Positions 30,225-40,344 of a stretch of 64,000 nt of DNA are shown one piece after another. Below the pieces are notes generated by a model. The model had not been told where the DNA came from and ran no database searches. It saw only the letters and a list, made by a program, of their open reading frames with translations. Position 1 is the first letter of the stretch. Each line of letters opens with the position of its first letter. The stretch spans positions 160,001 through 224,000 of the forward strand of contig CAXXMB010000002.1 in the NCBI GenBank assembly GCA_963668675.2, written 5' to 3'. A program made the position numbers and the translations under genes. This DNA comes from an uncultured Desulfatitalea sp. (GTDB lineage Bacteria; Desulfobacterota; Desulfobacteria; Desulfobacterales; Desulfosarcinaceae).

Positions 30225-31109
30225 TTACCCCGATCTTCTTGCCTTCTTGATATCGTCCAAATACATCTGAATAATCGGGCTCATTTCCGGAGGATGCCAA
30301 TGGGTCTCTTTTGGATCTTTCGGCCAGGTGAATGGCAAATGGCATACTTCGCCCGGTCTCGAAGCCTGCTCTAAACAAGAGAGTGTTGCCCGAAGCACTT
30401 CACGTTGACCGTCTCTATCATTAACCTGTCCGACGGGCCTGCCGTATGGGTACTCGATAGCTGCAGACCGAGGTATCCCGACAGCCCTATTGAAATCGTG
30501 GGTCGGTGTCAGCACGATCGTAGAAAAACCGGCTTTTTCCATGTCTCTTGCAGCCAATCCCACGGATTGGCAACAAAACGGTCAAGCTGGCGTCAGCAGC
30601 ACCGCATCGACGCTTTCCGACTTCATTTTTTCGATCATCGGAGCAATAGCGGTCTTCAAAAAGTCTGTTTTTTGCCATTGAAATCCATAAAATGAATAGG
30701 CAGTCGATGCCAACCTGCCGATAACGCCTTCATTGCTCATCTCTTCCATGCTTGCCAAAGGCAGCATCACATTGATATCAGCAAGAATATGTGCGGTATT
30801 GATGTGGAGATGATTGACATCGATGTCTGAGGCTATGGTTTCTTTTGGAATACTTCGATAGGAGGGATCACCCCACGTGGGTTCCACCTTTTCCCTTTCT
30901 GTATCGAAAGGAGGTTCCGATTTTAAGCTGATACCTGCGCTGGTGACCAAAGCGAGGGTAGCCTCGTTCAACGGTTTGGACAGTGGTGTCCAAGGAGTGT
31001 CTCCATCATATTCCCCAGAAGGAATCGTAGATCGAATCCAGGCGCTTAAGCCTGGAGGAAGAAATCGAAATCCGTCAACGATCTTCTCTGATTGATTCAT
31101 ATCGTCCAT
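30225..31109 (-). CDS. Glycine/betaine/sarcosine/D-proline reductase selenoprotein B-like protein (294 aa, Sec at UGA 30582-30584)
   Basis: Two track ORFs are in one frame across a TGA: LLTPA-U-PFCCQSVGLAARDMEKAG (UxxC); ALVTSAG and GDPSYR motifs; hairpin immediately 3' of the UGA. Confidence 0.88.
30548..30576 (-). promoter_or_regulatory. Bacterial SECIS-like hairpin
   Basis: Minus strand GCCAATCC-GTG-GGATTGGC perfect 8-bp stem, extendable by TTG/CAA; loop starts 18 nt after the UGA. Confidence 0.8.
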
Positions 31110-31237
31110 CCTTTCTTTGGGCTCAATGCATTATCACTCTTTTTAGAATACCCGTTTCAGATATCCTGAAAAGCCTGCAATATCATGATACCCTATCATA
31201 GCGCAGGTTCGATTTGGCGTTTGATTCCCATGCGGAA

Positions 31238-31846
31238 TCAGTGCAGGATTTCAAAAAAGGATCTTCTTTTCAAAATGCCCACGAAATTGGCCACGATACT
31301 GGCGGTGGTCCCCCAGATCAATTCGCCCCGAACGTGGAATTCCGGAAAATAGTGTTCTTCAGACAGTGTTCCGTAATTCCAATCGGCCGTTGAATCGTCC
31401 GGCAAAAATGATGCGAGCGGCACTTCGATGATTTTTTCCACCTCATTCGCATTGATTTTAAACGGATATGGGAACGGTATCGTACCAACAAAAGGATAGA
31501 TGGCAAACGGCGGGGCGTAGGTCATGGCGTCGTCAAGCGGCCCGAGCACAGAAACATCCTGGGACTCAAGGCCGATTTCCTCCCACGACTCCCTCAGGGC
31601 CGTATGTTTGGGGCTTTGATCCCGGCTATCGACAACACCGCCGGGAAACGACACATGACCTCTGTGATACCCGACGTGCGACGCCCTTTTGGTGAAAAGA
31701 AGCGTGGCTTCTCCATCTTTGAGAAAGATGGGCACCAAAACGGCTGCGGGCCTTGAGATGGCCCTGATCCGGGGCATGGTTTTAATGCTACGATTGGAAA
31801 GCGCCTCTGCGATCCGTTCAAAAAAACCATTATATTCCATTGCCAT
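31238..31846 (-). CDS. Nudix hydrolase, CoA pyrophosphatase family
   Basis: AAVLVP, FTKR..H.G.VSFPGG..ALRESWEEIG, IWGTTA. Confidence 0.92.
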   Translation of the reverse strand: MAMEYNGFFERIAEALSNRSIKTMPRIRAISRPAAVLVPIFLKDGEATLLFTKRASHVGYHRGHVSFPGGVVDSRDQSPKHTALRESWEEIGLESQDVSVLGPLDDAMTYAPPFAIYPFVGTIPFPYPFKINANEVEKIIEVPLASFLPDDSTADWNYGTLSEEHYFPEFHVRGELIWGTTASIVANFVGILKRRSFFEILH

Positions 31847-32323
31847 TTGGAGAACACCTATACCTATTTATAAATTAAGCAAAAGGAGAAAAAAATTGCA
31901 TCGAGTTGATCTGCTCCAGGCAATATTGAGCCTGCTCATAGCTGCGACCAGCACTATTCTAATTTCCCCAAGATACAAATCACCCAATCGTCTTGCAAGC
32001 TAAGGTTATCAAGAAAGGGCTTCTCCAAAGTGTTTTAGGATATAATAGTGCTATATGCTATTCAGTATGCAACCATTTACCCTAAGAAATCATGCACTAA
32101 ACAACGCTGAGCTTAAGTGGTGTCCATTTTGAAATAAGGGAATCACGGCTGCTCAGTGGCAGTCTCAACCTACCACCACACCATGTCATCAATATAACAT
32201 ATTGAAATTGTGTATAAATATAAATACCACCTGATTATTGCGTGCCCCTTAAACTATCGGTGAATTTGACATAATTCAGGAGCAGACTATAAATTTTAGA
32301 GAATCGCAATTCGGGAGGGCCTT

Positions 32324-33430
32324 ATGAAATGGAAATTTAGTATCGGTCGTTATTCAGGTATAAAGGTCTATGTTCACGCAACCTTTTTTCTTCTGCTTTT
32401 GTGGGTTGCATACGCTCACTGGACGCAGGGAAATGGTTTAAGCGGCGCTGCAATCGGTGTCGTGTTTATGCTTTCGATCTTCCTATGCGTTGTCCTTCAC
32501 GAGTTTGGGCATGCCCTTGCAGCAAGAACGTTCGGCATTGATACACGCGATATCATTCTGCTTCCCATAGGCGGCGTTGCCCGGCTTGAGAGGATGCCCC
32601 GAGAACCTGTCCAGGAAATATATGTGGCCCTTGCCGGTCCGGCAGTGAACCTGGTCATTGCCGGCTTTCTATTCCTTGTTCTCATAATGACCAATACCCT
32701 GGCTCCCATGAGCGACCTTACGGTGTCTTCCGGCCCATTTGTTGAACGCCTGATGATGGTCAATATTTTTCTTCTCATTTTCAATATGATTCCAGCGTTT
32801 CCCATGGATGGGGGTCGGGTTCTTCGCGCCAGCCTCGCCATGCGTGGTGACTATGTCCAGGCAACACAAAGAGCGGCTCGGATCGGCCAGGGGATAGCGA
32901 TTCTGTTCGGGCTTGCAGGGCTGATGATCGGAAATCCTTTTCTGGTCTTCATTGCCTTTTTCGTTTGGATCGGAGCAGTGCAGGAGGCCAGCATGTCCAA
33001 GATGAACACGGCAGTCAAAGGAATACCGGTGAGCCATGCGATGCTGACCGATTTTAAGTTTCTTGAATACGATGACAATCTGGGTAGGGCTGTTGAATTG
33101 ACCATTGCCGGTTCTCAAAACGATTTCCCCGTGGTGAAAAATGGCACCGTGGTCGGTGTGGTTACGCAGGAAAATCTGCTTTCAAGCCTGCAGAACCTCG
33201 GGAAAGAGGCCTCTGTGGCCGATGTGATACAGCAATCTTTCACAATTGCGGATGCTGATGAGATGCTTGAGGGCGCCTTGCAAAAACTCTCCCGCTGTCA
33301 GTGCCACATGCTGCCGGTGCTCCGGGATGGCCAGTTGGTCGGCTTACTGACCAAGGACAATATTAGTGAATTCGTGCGCATTCAAGCGGCACTGAAAAGA
33401 GAGCAATCTTATCCGGACCTGCCCAATTGA
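32324..33430 (+). CDS. Site-2 protease (M50) with CBS domains
   Basis: HEFGH, FNMIPAFPMDGGR, C-terminal CBS pair. Confidence 0.93.
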   Translation: MKWKFSIGRYSGIKVYVHATFFLLLLWVAYAHWTQGNGLSGAAIGVVFMLSIFLCVVLHEFGHALAARTFGIDTRDIILLPIGGVARLERMPREPVQEIYVALAGPAVNLVIAGFLFLVLIMTNTLAPMSDLTVSSGPFVERLMMVNIFLLIFNMIPAFPMDGGRVLRASLAMRGDYVQATQRAARIGQGIAILFGLAGLMIGNPFLVFIAFFVWIGAVQEASMSKMNTAVKGIPVSHAMLTDFKFLEYDDNLGRAVELTIAGSQNDFPVVKNGTVVGVVTQENLLSSLQNLGKEASVADVIQQSFTIADADEMLEGALQKLSRCQCHMLPVLRDGQLVGLLTKDNISEFVRIQAALKREQSYPDLPN

Positions 33431-33523
33431 CATTTTTTGCTTTGCTACTGATTTAAGATAAGAAGGATATGAGTGCTTGAAAACAATTAGCGGATCGGGG
33501 CGCTGCATATAAGGAGTAGATTG

Positions 33524-34351
33524 ATGGTAAAGCGAATTCTAATAGGCTTAGGTGGAACACCTTTCACGGCCGTGGCCGTCGAACGAGCGGTGGAACTGGC
33601 AGCACGGCATAAGGCTCGCATGAAAGCCGTCACCGTCGTAGATCCTGATCAAATTTGCAGCCTGGGGCCTGTCCCTGCCGGTGCAGGCGGTTATGCTAAG
33701 CGAATGTGCGATAATCGTATCGAAGTGACCAAAAGCCAAATCGAAGAATCAATTGCAATCCTTGAGAAGCGCTGTGAGCAGTCCGATGTTCACCTGAGCA
33801 TCGAAAGAGAGATCGGAGACCCATTCACCCTGATCATTGGCCACGCCCGCTATCATGACCTGACCATATTCGGCCTTCGCAGTATTTTTGATTACCAGCT
33901 GGTCACCGAGCCAAAAAAAGATCTCTATCGGCTTCTGTCGAATGGCGTGCGGCCAATCATTGCCGTTTCCAAGAAATTCCGCCAAATCAAAAAGGTGATG
34001 ATCGCCTACAATGGCTCCATGGAGTCGGCCAATGCGATGCAGCATTTCGTAGGTTTAAACTTATGGCCCGATACAACCTTGGATATCGTTCACATCGGTG
34101 AGCCGCAACAACCACCGTTGAGCCTGGTAGAAGATGCAGCTGCCTATTGCGCTGACCATGGATATCGCGTAAAAACCCATGTACGATCTGGCAAAGTCGC
34201 GGAGCAATTGCTGCCTGCAGCGCGACAAATCGATGCCGATATGATTGTCATGGGAAGGAGTACGCGAAGCCTCCTGGGCCGTCGCGTTCTGGGAGACATT
34301 GTAGAGAACACGCTGACCAGCACCGACCTTCCCCTCTTTCTATCGCAATAA
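33524..34351 (+). CDS. Universal stress protein (tandem domain)
   Basis: RILIGL, IAYNGS, DMIVMG..VLG..LPLFL. Confidence 0.88.
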   Translation: MVKRILIGLGGTPFTAVAVERAVELAARHKARMKAVTVVDPDQICSLGPVPAGAGGYAKRMCDNRIEVTKSQIEESIAILEKRCEQSDVHLSIEREIGDPFTLIIGHARYHDLTIFGLRSIFDYQLVTEPKKDLYRLLSNGVRPIIAVSKKFRQIKKVMIAYNGSMESANAMQHFVGLNLWPDTTLDIVHIGEPQQPPLSLVEDAAAYCADHGYRVKTHVRSGKVAEQLLPAARQIDADMIVMGRSTRSLLGRRVLGDIVENTLTSTDLPLFLSQ

Positions 34352-34368
34352 TTCGCAAATCGAACAAA

Positions 34369-36642
34369 ATGGCCGCCATGCAAACGAAAAACAATCACCA
34401 TTCGCATTCGACCTTTTGGCCTGGTCGTCTGTCTGCATCGCTGCCTCTGTCGTTGTTTATCTGGTTTGCGCTGCAAGTTCCGATAATACAAGACGGGGGG
34501 CAACTGGCGGTCCGGATAAACTGGGTGCCCAGCATGGCCATCGAGTTCGACTTTCTTCTGGACGGCCTCAGCCTGTTGTTCGCGCTGATCATCACCGGGA
34601 TCGGCACCCTTGTTTGCGTCTATGCGGACGGTTACATGCAAGGGAGCCAATCGATCCGGAGATTTTATGGATACCTGCACGCTTTCCTGTTGTCCATGCT
34701 GGGACTTATCCTGAGTAATCATCTGCTTGTGTTGTTTGTTTTCTGGGAGTTGACAACGCTTTTTTCCTTCTTGCTGGTCGGATTCGATCACACAGCCAAA
34801 GTTGCACGCAACGGCGCACGGCAGGCGCTGCTGGTCACCGGCGGCGGCGGGCTTGCCTTGCTCGTAGGTATTCTTTTGATGCAACAGGCGACCGGCACCT
34901 ACACCGTGTCTGAATTATCGGGATACACCGACAAGCTTCGTGATCATCGACTATATCTGCCGCTGCTCGCCTGCATGCTGGCAGGCGCTTTTACCAAGTC
35001 GGCCCAGTTCCCGTTCCACTTCTGGCTGCCCGATGCCATGAGCGCCCCCACACCTATCAGCGCATTTCTCCATTCCGCGACCATGGTCAAAGCCGGCATC
35101 TACCTTTTGGCGCGGATGCATCCGATATTGGGGGGTACGACTGCATGGATGACCACTTTAGTGGTTGTCGGCGCTGTTACGGCGGTATGGGGCGCGATCG
35201 TTTCCCTGGCTCAAACCGATTTAAAGCGGATGCTGGCCCATACCACGATTATGGCGCTTGGAATCATCACCATGTTTCTCGGCGGGCAGACGACGCCGGC
35301 CCTGACAGCGGCGATCACCTTCCTCCTGGTGCATGCCCTGTACAAGTCGTCACTTTTCATGGTGGTCGGCGCCATTGACCACCAGACCGGTACACGCAAA
35401 TTGGATGAGATCGGGGGAATCGGCAAAACGATGCCTTTCACGGCCGCTGCAGCTCTCATGGCCGCCTTGTCCATGGCGGGATTTCCGCTATTTCTCGGTT
35501 TTATCGGTAAGGAGATCATGTACAAGGGAGCGCTAACCGAAGATGTTTATCCCGTCCTGGCCACTACCGCCGCGCTGGTATCCAATGCCCTGATGGTTGC
35601 TGTGGCCGCAGCTATAGTCATCCGACCGTTTTGGGGAAAGCAGGGCAGCGTTCGCCCCCAAAGGGAAACCCCTTGGCAGATGTGGTTAGGCCCTCTGCTG
35701 ATTGGTATGGTGAGCTTAGGGTTCGGCATGATACCCGATTGGGTCGCCCATTGGCTGGTCGAACCGGCGGTTCTGGCTTTTCATGCAACCAGAGAAGAAA
35801 TTACGCTACAACTGTTTCACGGAATCAACGAGCCGCTGCTGCTCAGCATGCTCACACTCGCTCTGGGTTCGGTCGTCTATCTTGGCCGGCGCTGGCTGCG
35901 CCGCACTATTAAGCACATGATTGGGCTGCTTCCCATAACGATGCAGGCGGCATACGAGCGACTTCTCGACATCACAATAGCGACTGCCAAATGGCAGACA
36001 AAGGTGCTGCAGAGCGGATCACTCTGGCAATACCTGATCATCATCATTGGCGTGACGCTGCTCACCGTGGGTCGTGCCCTCCTGGTCTCGGGAGAGCTTC
36101 GACTGATCCGCATCGACCCAGAGATCTCCGTCTGGCTGACACTTCTGCTCCTGGCCATGATGGTATCGATCGGTATCGTCGTCCTGGCGCGATCCCGCCT
36201 GCAGGCGATTTGCGGTCTCGGGGTAATCGGTGCCGGCATGGCAATCATTTTTCTCGCTTTCGGCGCCCCCGACGTTGGATTGACCCAGGTGCTGGTCGAG
36301 ACGTTGACGCTGATTTTCGCGGCGATCGTTCTTTTACGCCTTCCCCCGCTGCAGCGAAATCAGCAGCGCAGTGTCGTCCGCAACGGACTGAGCATATTGG
36401 TGGCCGTTGCAGGAGGCGCCATTGTGACCGGTCTACTGCTGGCAGTCAACCAGTATGAAATGGATCGCACCGTTACTGCCTTTTACGAACAGGCCAGTTA
36501 CCTGAAAGCGCACGGCCGCAATATTGTCAATGTGATTCTAGTTGATTTTCGCAGTCTGGACACCATGGGTGAAATCATCGTGGTAGCCGCCTCGGCACTT
36601 GCGGCATTGGCATTGATTCGGAAAGGAAGGATGGCACGATGA
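34369..36642 (+). CDS. mrpA: Mrp Na+/H+ antiporter subunit A
   Basis: FWELT, TKSAQFPFHFWLPDAMSAPTPISAFLHSATMVKAG, NIVNVILVDFRSLDT. Confidence 0.95.
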   Translation: MAAMQTKNNHHSHSTFWPGRLSASLPLSLFIWFALQVPIIQDGGQLAVRINWVPSMAIEFDFLLDGLSLLFALIITGIGTLVCVYADGYMQGSQSIRRFYGYLHAFLLSMLGLILSNHLLVLFVFWELTTLFSFLLVGFDHTAKVARNGARQALLVTGGGGLALLVGILLMQQATGTYTVSELSGYTDKLRDHRLYLPLLACMLAGAFTKSAQFPFHFWLPDAMSAPTPISAFLHSATMVKAGIYLLARMHPILGGTTAWMTTLVVVGAVTAVWGAIVSLAQTDLKRMLAHTTIMALGIITMFLGGQTTPALTAAITFLLVHALYKSSLFMVVGAIDHQTGTRKLDEIGGIGKTMPFTAAAALMAALSMAGFPLFLGFIGKEIMYKGALTEDVYPVLATTAALVSNALMVAVAAAIVIRPFWGKQGSVRPQRETPWQMWLGPLLIGMVSLGFGMIPDWVAHWLVEPAVLAFHATREEITLQLFHGINEPLLLSMLTLALGSVVYLGRRWLRRTIKHMIGLLPITMQAAYERLLDITIATAKWQTKVLQSGSLWQYLIIIIGVTLLTVGRALLVSGELRLIRIDPEISVWLTLLLLAMMVSIGIVVLARSRLQAICGLGVIGAGMAIIFLAFGAPDVGLTQVLVETLTLIFAAIVLLRLPPLQRNQQRSVVRNGLSILVAVAGGAIVTGLLLAVNQYEMDRTVTAFYEQASYLKAHGRNIVNVILVDFRSLDTMGEIIVVAASALAALALIRKGRMAR

Positions 36643-37037
36643 GATCGGTAATTTTAAAGGCGGCGACACGGCTTCTGAGCGGGCTGGTTCTGGTCCTCTC
36701 CATCTATATGCTCTGGCGGGGGCATCACGAGCCGGGGGGAGGATTCATCGCTGCCCTGGTGGCGGCAACCGCATTCGCCCTGATGGGCCTGTCGGAGGGG
36801 CCGGCTGCAGTGCGCAACGGGCTTCGAATCCGACCGCAGTACCTGATGGCTGCAGGCATGCTCCTATCCATGAGCGCTGGAGGTATCGGCATGATTTACC
36901 AACAACCCTTTCTCACGGGCCTATGGTGGCCCTCACACAGCGCCTTGGCGGGCACCCCGCTACTCTTCGACATAGGCGTATTTCTTGTAGTGCTGGGGGC
37001 CATCTTGACTGTTTTACTGGCATTGGAGGAGAGCTGA
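36639..37037 (+). CDS. mrpB: Mrp antiporter subunit B
   Basis: GHHEPGGGFIAAL, LFDIGV. Confidence 0.93.
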   Translation: MRSVILKAATRLLSGLVLVLSIYMLWRGHHEPGGGFIAALVAATAFALMGLSEGPAAVRNGLRIRPQYLMAAGMLLSMSAGGIGMIYQQPFLTGLWWPSHSALAGTPLLFDIGVFLVVLGAILTVLLALEES

Positions 37038-37038
37038 C

Positions 37039-37437
37039 ATGGAGGGTGTGCTGGCCATTCTCAGCGGCAGCCTGGTTGCCGGGGGTGTCTATCTCGTGCT
37101 CAGTCAAAACTTGGTCCGCATGATTTTCGGACTGATCATGTTGAGCAACGCCGTCAATCTTGCCATCTTTACGGCGGGCCGACTGGCGCATCGTAAACCG
37201 GCATTGATCTCAACAAACCACGTCGTTCCAGAAACCAGCGTGGCCAATGCCTTACCGCAGGCCCTGATACTAACGGCGATTGTTATCGGTTTCGCCCTGC
37301 TGGTGTTCATGTTCGTTCTCTTCTACCGCAGTTATGAAACCCTGGGCACCGTGGATACGCGATTGATGCCCGAGGATGAGATGCCCGTGGATTCAGACCA
37401 TGACATGGAGGCGGCCCAAAAGGAGACGCTGCCATGA
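37039..37437 (+). CDS. mrpC: Mrp antiporter subunit C
   Basis: NAVNL, LPQALILTAIVIGF. Confidence 0.95.
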   Translation: MEGVLAILSGSLVAGGVYLVLSQNLVRMIFGLIMLSNAVNLAIFTAGRLAHRKPALISTNHVVPETSVANALPQALILTAIVIGFALLVFMFVLFYRSYETLGTVDTRLMPEDEMPVDSDHDMEAAQKETLP

Positions 37438-38930
37438 GCAATGCCATGGTGTATCCACTTCTCGTGCCGTTTGGAACGGCTGCGCTGAGTTTATTGCTCT
37501 GGCGAAAGCCTGCCATGCAGCAAATCGTCTCCCTCACCGGTGCGGTCGCTCACCTGGCCGCAAGCGCCATGCTGCTTTCGGTAGTGATCAACGACGGCAT
37601 TCAGGTCCTGTACGTGGGCAACTGGCCGGCGCCGTATGGAATTTCTCTGGTAGCCGACCATTTGAGTGTGCTGATGCTGGTGGTTACTGGTATTCTGGGA
37701 ACGGCCACGGCCGTTTATGCCCGGGGGGAGTTGGATGCCAGTATGCGCGCCAAGGGATTCCACACCCTGTTCCATATTCTGGTCGGTGGTCTCAGCGGCG
37801 CCTTTTTAACCGGAGACCTATTTAATCTCTACGTCTGGTTTGAAGTCATGCTAATGGCTTCCTTCGGTCTTCTGATGTGGGGTCAGCGTCGCAGACAATT
37901 CAGCGGTGCGATTCGCTATGTGGTCATCAATCTGCTGGCGACCCTGCTGTTCCTGTTGGGACTGGCCCTGCTATACGGCCTGACAGGTACGCTAAACATG
38001 GCCCACCTGCATCAGAAAATCGCAACCCACGAAGCAAAAGGGCTGGTGACGGCAATTGCCTTTATCTTCATGGCGGCATTTGGCATCAAAGCCGGTTTGT
38101 TCCCGCTCTTCTCCTGGTTGCCCGCATCCTATCATACGCCGCCCTTTGCCATATCGGCCTTTTTCGCCGGCATGCTGACCAAGGTAGGCGTATATGCGCT
38201 TATTCGGACTTTTACCCTGGTCTTTCATCACGATATCGCCACCACCCACAGCGTGCTCCTGGTCGTCGCCTGCTTGACCATGGTGACCGGAGTGTTGGGC
38301 GCGGCGGCCCAGAACGAATTCAGACGCATCCTCTCGTTTCACATCATCAGTCAGGTTGGCTACATGCTGCTTGGACTGGCGCTATGGACGCCCCTGGCGA
38401 TGGCCGGAGCTGTTTTCTACCTGGTCCATCATATGATCGTCAAAGCCAACCTTTTTCTGATCAGCGGTCTTGGTCACGACCTTAACGGCACCACAAACCT
38501 GGACCGCATGGGCGGCATCTACAGTAAAAAGCCACTTGTGGCAGCCCTTTTCTTCGTACCGGCATTCTCCCTGGCCGGCTTTCCGCCACTGTCGGGTTTC
38601 TGGGCTAAACTCCTGTTGATTCAAGCCAGTTTGCAGATTCAAGATTACATCGTGGCCGCGATAGCCGTGATTGTGGGCATGCTGACCATATTTTCAATGG
38701 TGAAGATATGGATAGGCGCTTTCTGGAAGCCACTTCCGACGACCGGCACTGGCAGGCCAAGCCAATCCCTTTCCGGTTGGAAGCTCGCACCGGTCTGTGC
38801 ACTCGGTTTGATCACCGTACTCATCGGCATCGGCGCTGAACCCGTCTTTCAATTGGCCGCTACGGCAGCCAGGGAATTAATGGCTCCTGAAATTTACGTA
38901 CAGGCTGTGTTAGCGGGGGGTGGCCCATGA
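37434..38930 (+). CDS. mrpD: Mrp antiporter subunit D
   Basis: DLFNLYVWFEV, WLPASY, LTKVGVY, GFPPLSGF. Confidence 0.95.
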   Translation: MSNAMVYPLLVPFGTAALSLLLWRKPAMQQIVSLTGAVAHLAASAMLLSVVINDGIQVLYVGNWPAPYGISLVADHLSVLMLVVTGILGTATAVYARGELDASMRAKGFHTLFHILVGGLSGAFLTGDLFNLYVWFEVMLMASFGLLMWGQRRRQFSGAIRYVVINLLATLLFLLGLALLYGLTGTLNMAHLHQKIATHEAKGLVTAIAFIFMAAFGIKAGLFPLFSWLPASYHTPPFAISAFFAGMLTKVGVYALIRTFTLVFHHDIATTHSVLLVVACLTMVTGVLGAAAQNEFRRILSFHIISQVGYMLLGLALWTPLAMAGAVFYLVHHMIVKANLFLISGLGHDLNGTTNLDRMGGIYSKKPLVAALFFVPAFSLAGFPPLSGFWAKLLLIQASLQIQDYIVAAIAVIVGMLTIFSMVKIWIGAFWKPLPTTGTGRPSQSLSGWKLAPVCALGLITVLIGIGAEPVFQLAATAARELMAPEIYVQAVLAGGGP

Positions 38931-39400
38931 ACCTCTTCTTCATAAATATACTGCTGTCGGTTGGATTCATGATCGCTTTGGAGTCGTTTAGGCTCAGTAC
39001 CCTTATGATTGGTCTGATCGTCGGATATGGCGCATTATGGTTAACGCGGCCACTGTATGGCGATAGCCGCTATTTCCGTCGTGTGCCCAATATCATTCGT
39101 CTCTGCGTTTTTTTTACCAAAGCCTTGTTTGTCTCAAACCTGCGGGTGCTATGGGATGTGGTGACCCCACAGCATATCAGCCGACCCGGAATCATTCGCC
39201 TTCCACTGGATGCCCGCACGGACCTTGAAATCATGCTGGTGGCCAACCTGATCTCACTTACCCCGGGGACACTGAGTATCGACCTGTCCGAGGACCGTTG
39301 CACGCTTTACGTTCATGTCATGTTCCTGGACGATGTCGAACAGATCCGTAGGGAACTCAAACAAGGCCTTGAACGCCGGGTGCTGGAGGTGATGCGATGA
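38927..39400 (+). CDS. mrpE: Mrp antiporter subunit E
   Basis: ANLISLTPGT, LYVH. Confidence 0.94.
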   Translation: MNLFFINILLSVGFMIALESFRLSTLMIGLIVGYGALWLTRPLYGDSRYFRRVPNIIRLCVFFTKALFVSNLRVLWDVVTPQHISRPGIIRLPLDARTDLEIMLVANLISLTPGTLSIDLSEDRCTLYVHVMFLDDVEQIRRELKQGLERRVLEVMR

Positions 39401-39729
39401 TGGCTATCGAATCGGTAGTAGTAACAGCCACCGCACGAATAGGACTATCTATCTTGGCGCTGAGCATGGTGCTGGTGCTCTATAGAATCATACGCGGCCC
39501 GAAAAACGCCGATCGCATTATAGCCCTTGATCTTCTATCCGTGATAGTGGTGGCCCTGTTGGCCCTCTATGCAATTTTCTCAGGAGATGCGGTCTTTTTA
39601 GACGTCGTTATCGCCTATGCGTTGGTGGCATTCTTAGGTACTGTGGCTTTTGCCCGCTATATTATGCGGGCGGCAGAAAACGCGGCTAAAAATTCAATTC
39701 ATTCGCCAAAAGGAGAAGACCATGATTGA
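39397..39729 (+). CDS. mrpF: Mrp antiporter subunit F
   Basis: GP..ADRIIALD, FLGTVAFARY. Confidence 0.94.
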   Translation: MMAIESVVVTATARIGLSILALSMVLVLYRIIRGPKNADRIIALDLLSVIVVALLALYAIFSGDAVFLDVVIAYALVAFLGTVAFARYIMRAAENAAKNSIHSPKGEDHD

Positions 39730-40111
39730 TTGGCTTATCGCAGCCTTGATGCTGTCGGGCTGTGTCTTCTGCCTCGTGGCGGCAGTAGGCCTCATTCGTC
39801 TTCCGGACACGCTGATCCGCATGCACGCCGCCACCAAGGCCGGAACCTTAGGCGCTGGTTTGATTCTGGCTTCAGTGGCTGTTTTCTTTGCCGACGCGGG
39901 TACGGTATTCAGAGCACTGCTTGCGTTGGTTTTTCTCTACATGACAGCGCCGGTGGCAGCTCACTTGATTGGCCGGGCCGCTTACCGATCAGGAATCCAA
40001 CTCTCTTCCCGGACGGTGATAGACCAACTCAATATCGATATGAGAGGAAAAAACAATAGAATCCGTGATGATGAACGAATCAGCACTTCGAATTCAAGGA
40101 TTGAGTCTTGA
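39722..40111 (+). CDS. mrpG: Mrp antiporter subunit G
   Basis: RLPD..RMHAATKAGTLG, TAPVAAH; ATG 39722 after AGGAG. Confidence 0.94.
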   Translation: MIDWLIAALMLSGCVFCLVAAVGLIRLPDTLIRMHAATKAGTLGAGLILASVAVFFADAGTVFRALLALVFLYMTAPVAAHLIGRAAYRSGIQLSSRTVIDQLNIDMRGKNNRIRDDERISTSNSRIES

Positions 40112-40302
40112 CCACCATAACTATTCCATCTAATTTATAAATATCGACACTCGCTAAAGCATCCTTCTTCGTCATATTGTTGCGTACAAACAGATATCGT
40201 ATATCTGAACCTTTGGCTCATAGATCATCTGGATAGATCATCTGGTTTGAGAATAGTTTCCATTTTTTTAGGAATAGGCCTTTATTTCGTTAAAGCGTCT
40301 GG

Positions 40303-40315
40303 TGGTTCGTAACCA
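40303..40315. promoter_or_regulatory. Palindromic operator, GntR/FadR-like
   Basis: TGGTT-CGT-AACCA about 30 nt before the acyl-CoA dehydrogenase ATG. Confidence 0.4.
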
Positions 40316-40344
40316 ATCTGAATTCAAACCGAAGGAGGCACCGC

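Noticed and set aside
34369..40111. mrp operon as a novel system
   Set aside because: Canonical group 1 mrpABCDEFG order and motifs
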